Below, one piece after another: positions 63,070 through 64,000 of a stretch of DNA of 64,000 nt (positions within the stretch are counted from its first letter, which is position 1; each line of letters opens with the position of its first letter). Below the pieces are notes generated by a model. The model searched no databases and was not told the DNA's origin. It saw only the letters and a program-made list of their open reading frames with translations. Source of the DNA: Eledone cirrhosa (Eukaryota); NCBI GenBank assembly GCA_964016885.1, contig OZ024741.1, positions 120,838,001 to 120,902,000 of the forward strand, written 5' to 3'. A program made the translations under genes and the position numbers.

Positions 63070-63760
63070 AGAATGTGTGTGTATGTGTCTGTCAGAGAGT
63101 GTATGTTTGTGTGCACGAGTGTGCATGTGAGTGAGTTTATTTGTCTGTGTGTGTGTGTGCATGTGAGTGAGTGTATTTGTTTGTGTGTTGTGTGTGTGTG
63201 TGCATGTCTGTGTGTGCATGTGAGTGAGTGTATTTGTCTGTGTTTGTGTGCATGTGAATGAGTGTATTTATGTGCATATTTGTTTGTGTGTTTTGTATGT
63301 GTGTGTGCATGTGTGCATGCATATGAGCATATGTTTGTATGTGTGAGTGCATGTGTGTATGTGTGTGCATATGTATGCATGTGTGTGTGCATGTTTGTGT
63401 GTGTATGCGTGTGTACATGTGTGTGTGTATGTGTATGTGTGTGTGTGCGTGTACATGAGTGTGTGTGCATGCATATGTCTGTATGTGTGAGTGCATGTGT
63501 GTGTGCATGTGTATACATGTGTGTGTGCATGTTTGTGTATGTGTGTATGCGTGTGTAGATGTGTGTGTGTGCATGTGTATGTGAGTGTGCATGAGTGTGT
63601 GTGTGCGCATATATATGTGTGTGTGCATGTGTATACATGTGTGTGTGCATGTTTGTGTATGTGTGTATGCGTGTGTAGATGTGTGTGTGTGTGCATGTGT
63701 ATGTGAGTGTGTGTGCATGAGTGTGTGTGTGCGCGCATATATATGTGTGTGTGTGTGTTA
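63070..63760. repeat. (GT)n/(GTGCAT)n compound microsatellite with larger internal duplications
   Basis: Seen directly. Confidence 0.9.
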
Positions 63761-64000
63761 TTTGCTGACAGAATTCCTTTTATATGTTTGATCTCTCTTG
63801 AAGTTTAGTGACTCTGGCATAGCTTGGGTTGATTGAAAACTGATATCTTGTATATTGATATATTGATTGGGTGGAATAGTTGAAATAAACTTATTGATGC
63901 TTCAACTATATGTATGTATATATATATATATATGTGTGTGTATATATGTGTGTATATATATTTATATAGATAGATAAATATATATATGTATGTATATATA

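Overview
This is eukaryotic, AT-rich, repeat-saturated intronic or intergenic DNA. The SINE, RTE and microsatellite landscape looks cephalopod (octopus-like), which is an inference. No host protein-coding exon can be supported. The only long intact true ORF belongs to a full-length RTE-clade (BovB-like) LINE (46085-49327, minus strand): APE endonuclease plus RT, with a C4HC3 PHD-like zinc finger inserted inside the RT. A second near-full-length RTE, disabled by one frameshift and one stop, and a 5'-truncated copy sit beside it inside one large interrupted (TA)n array. The window also holds many tRNA-derived SINEs, CR1-like and Rex3-like LINE relics, piggyBac-type and hAT MITEs, non-autonomous Helitrons and a DD37D Tc1/mariner derivative. 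A ~71-copy 48-bp satellite has grown out of the RTE 3' UTR. The most striking non-coding structure is a 276-bp inverted repeat (15603-16183, no mismatch seen) whose arms each carry a complete minimal type I hammerhead ribozyme. Several further hammerhead motifs lie in short Penelope-like inserts within (TA)n tracts. Coordinates were read by eye, so boundaries of old repeats are approximate.
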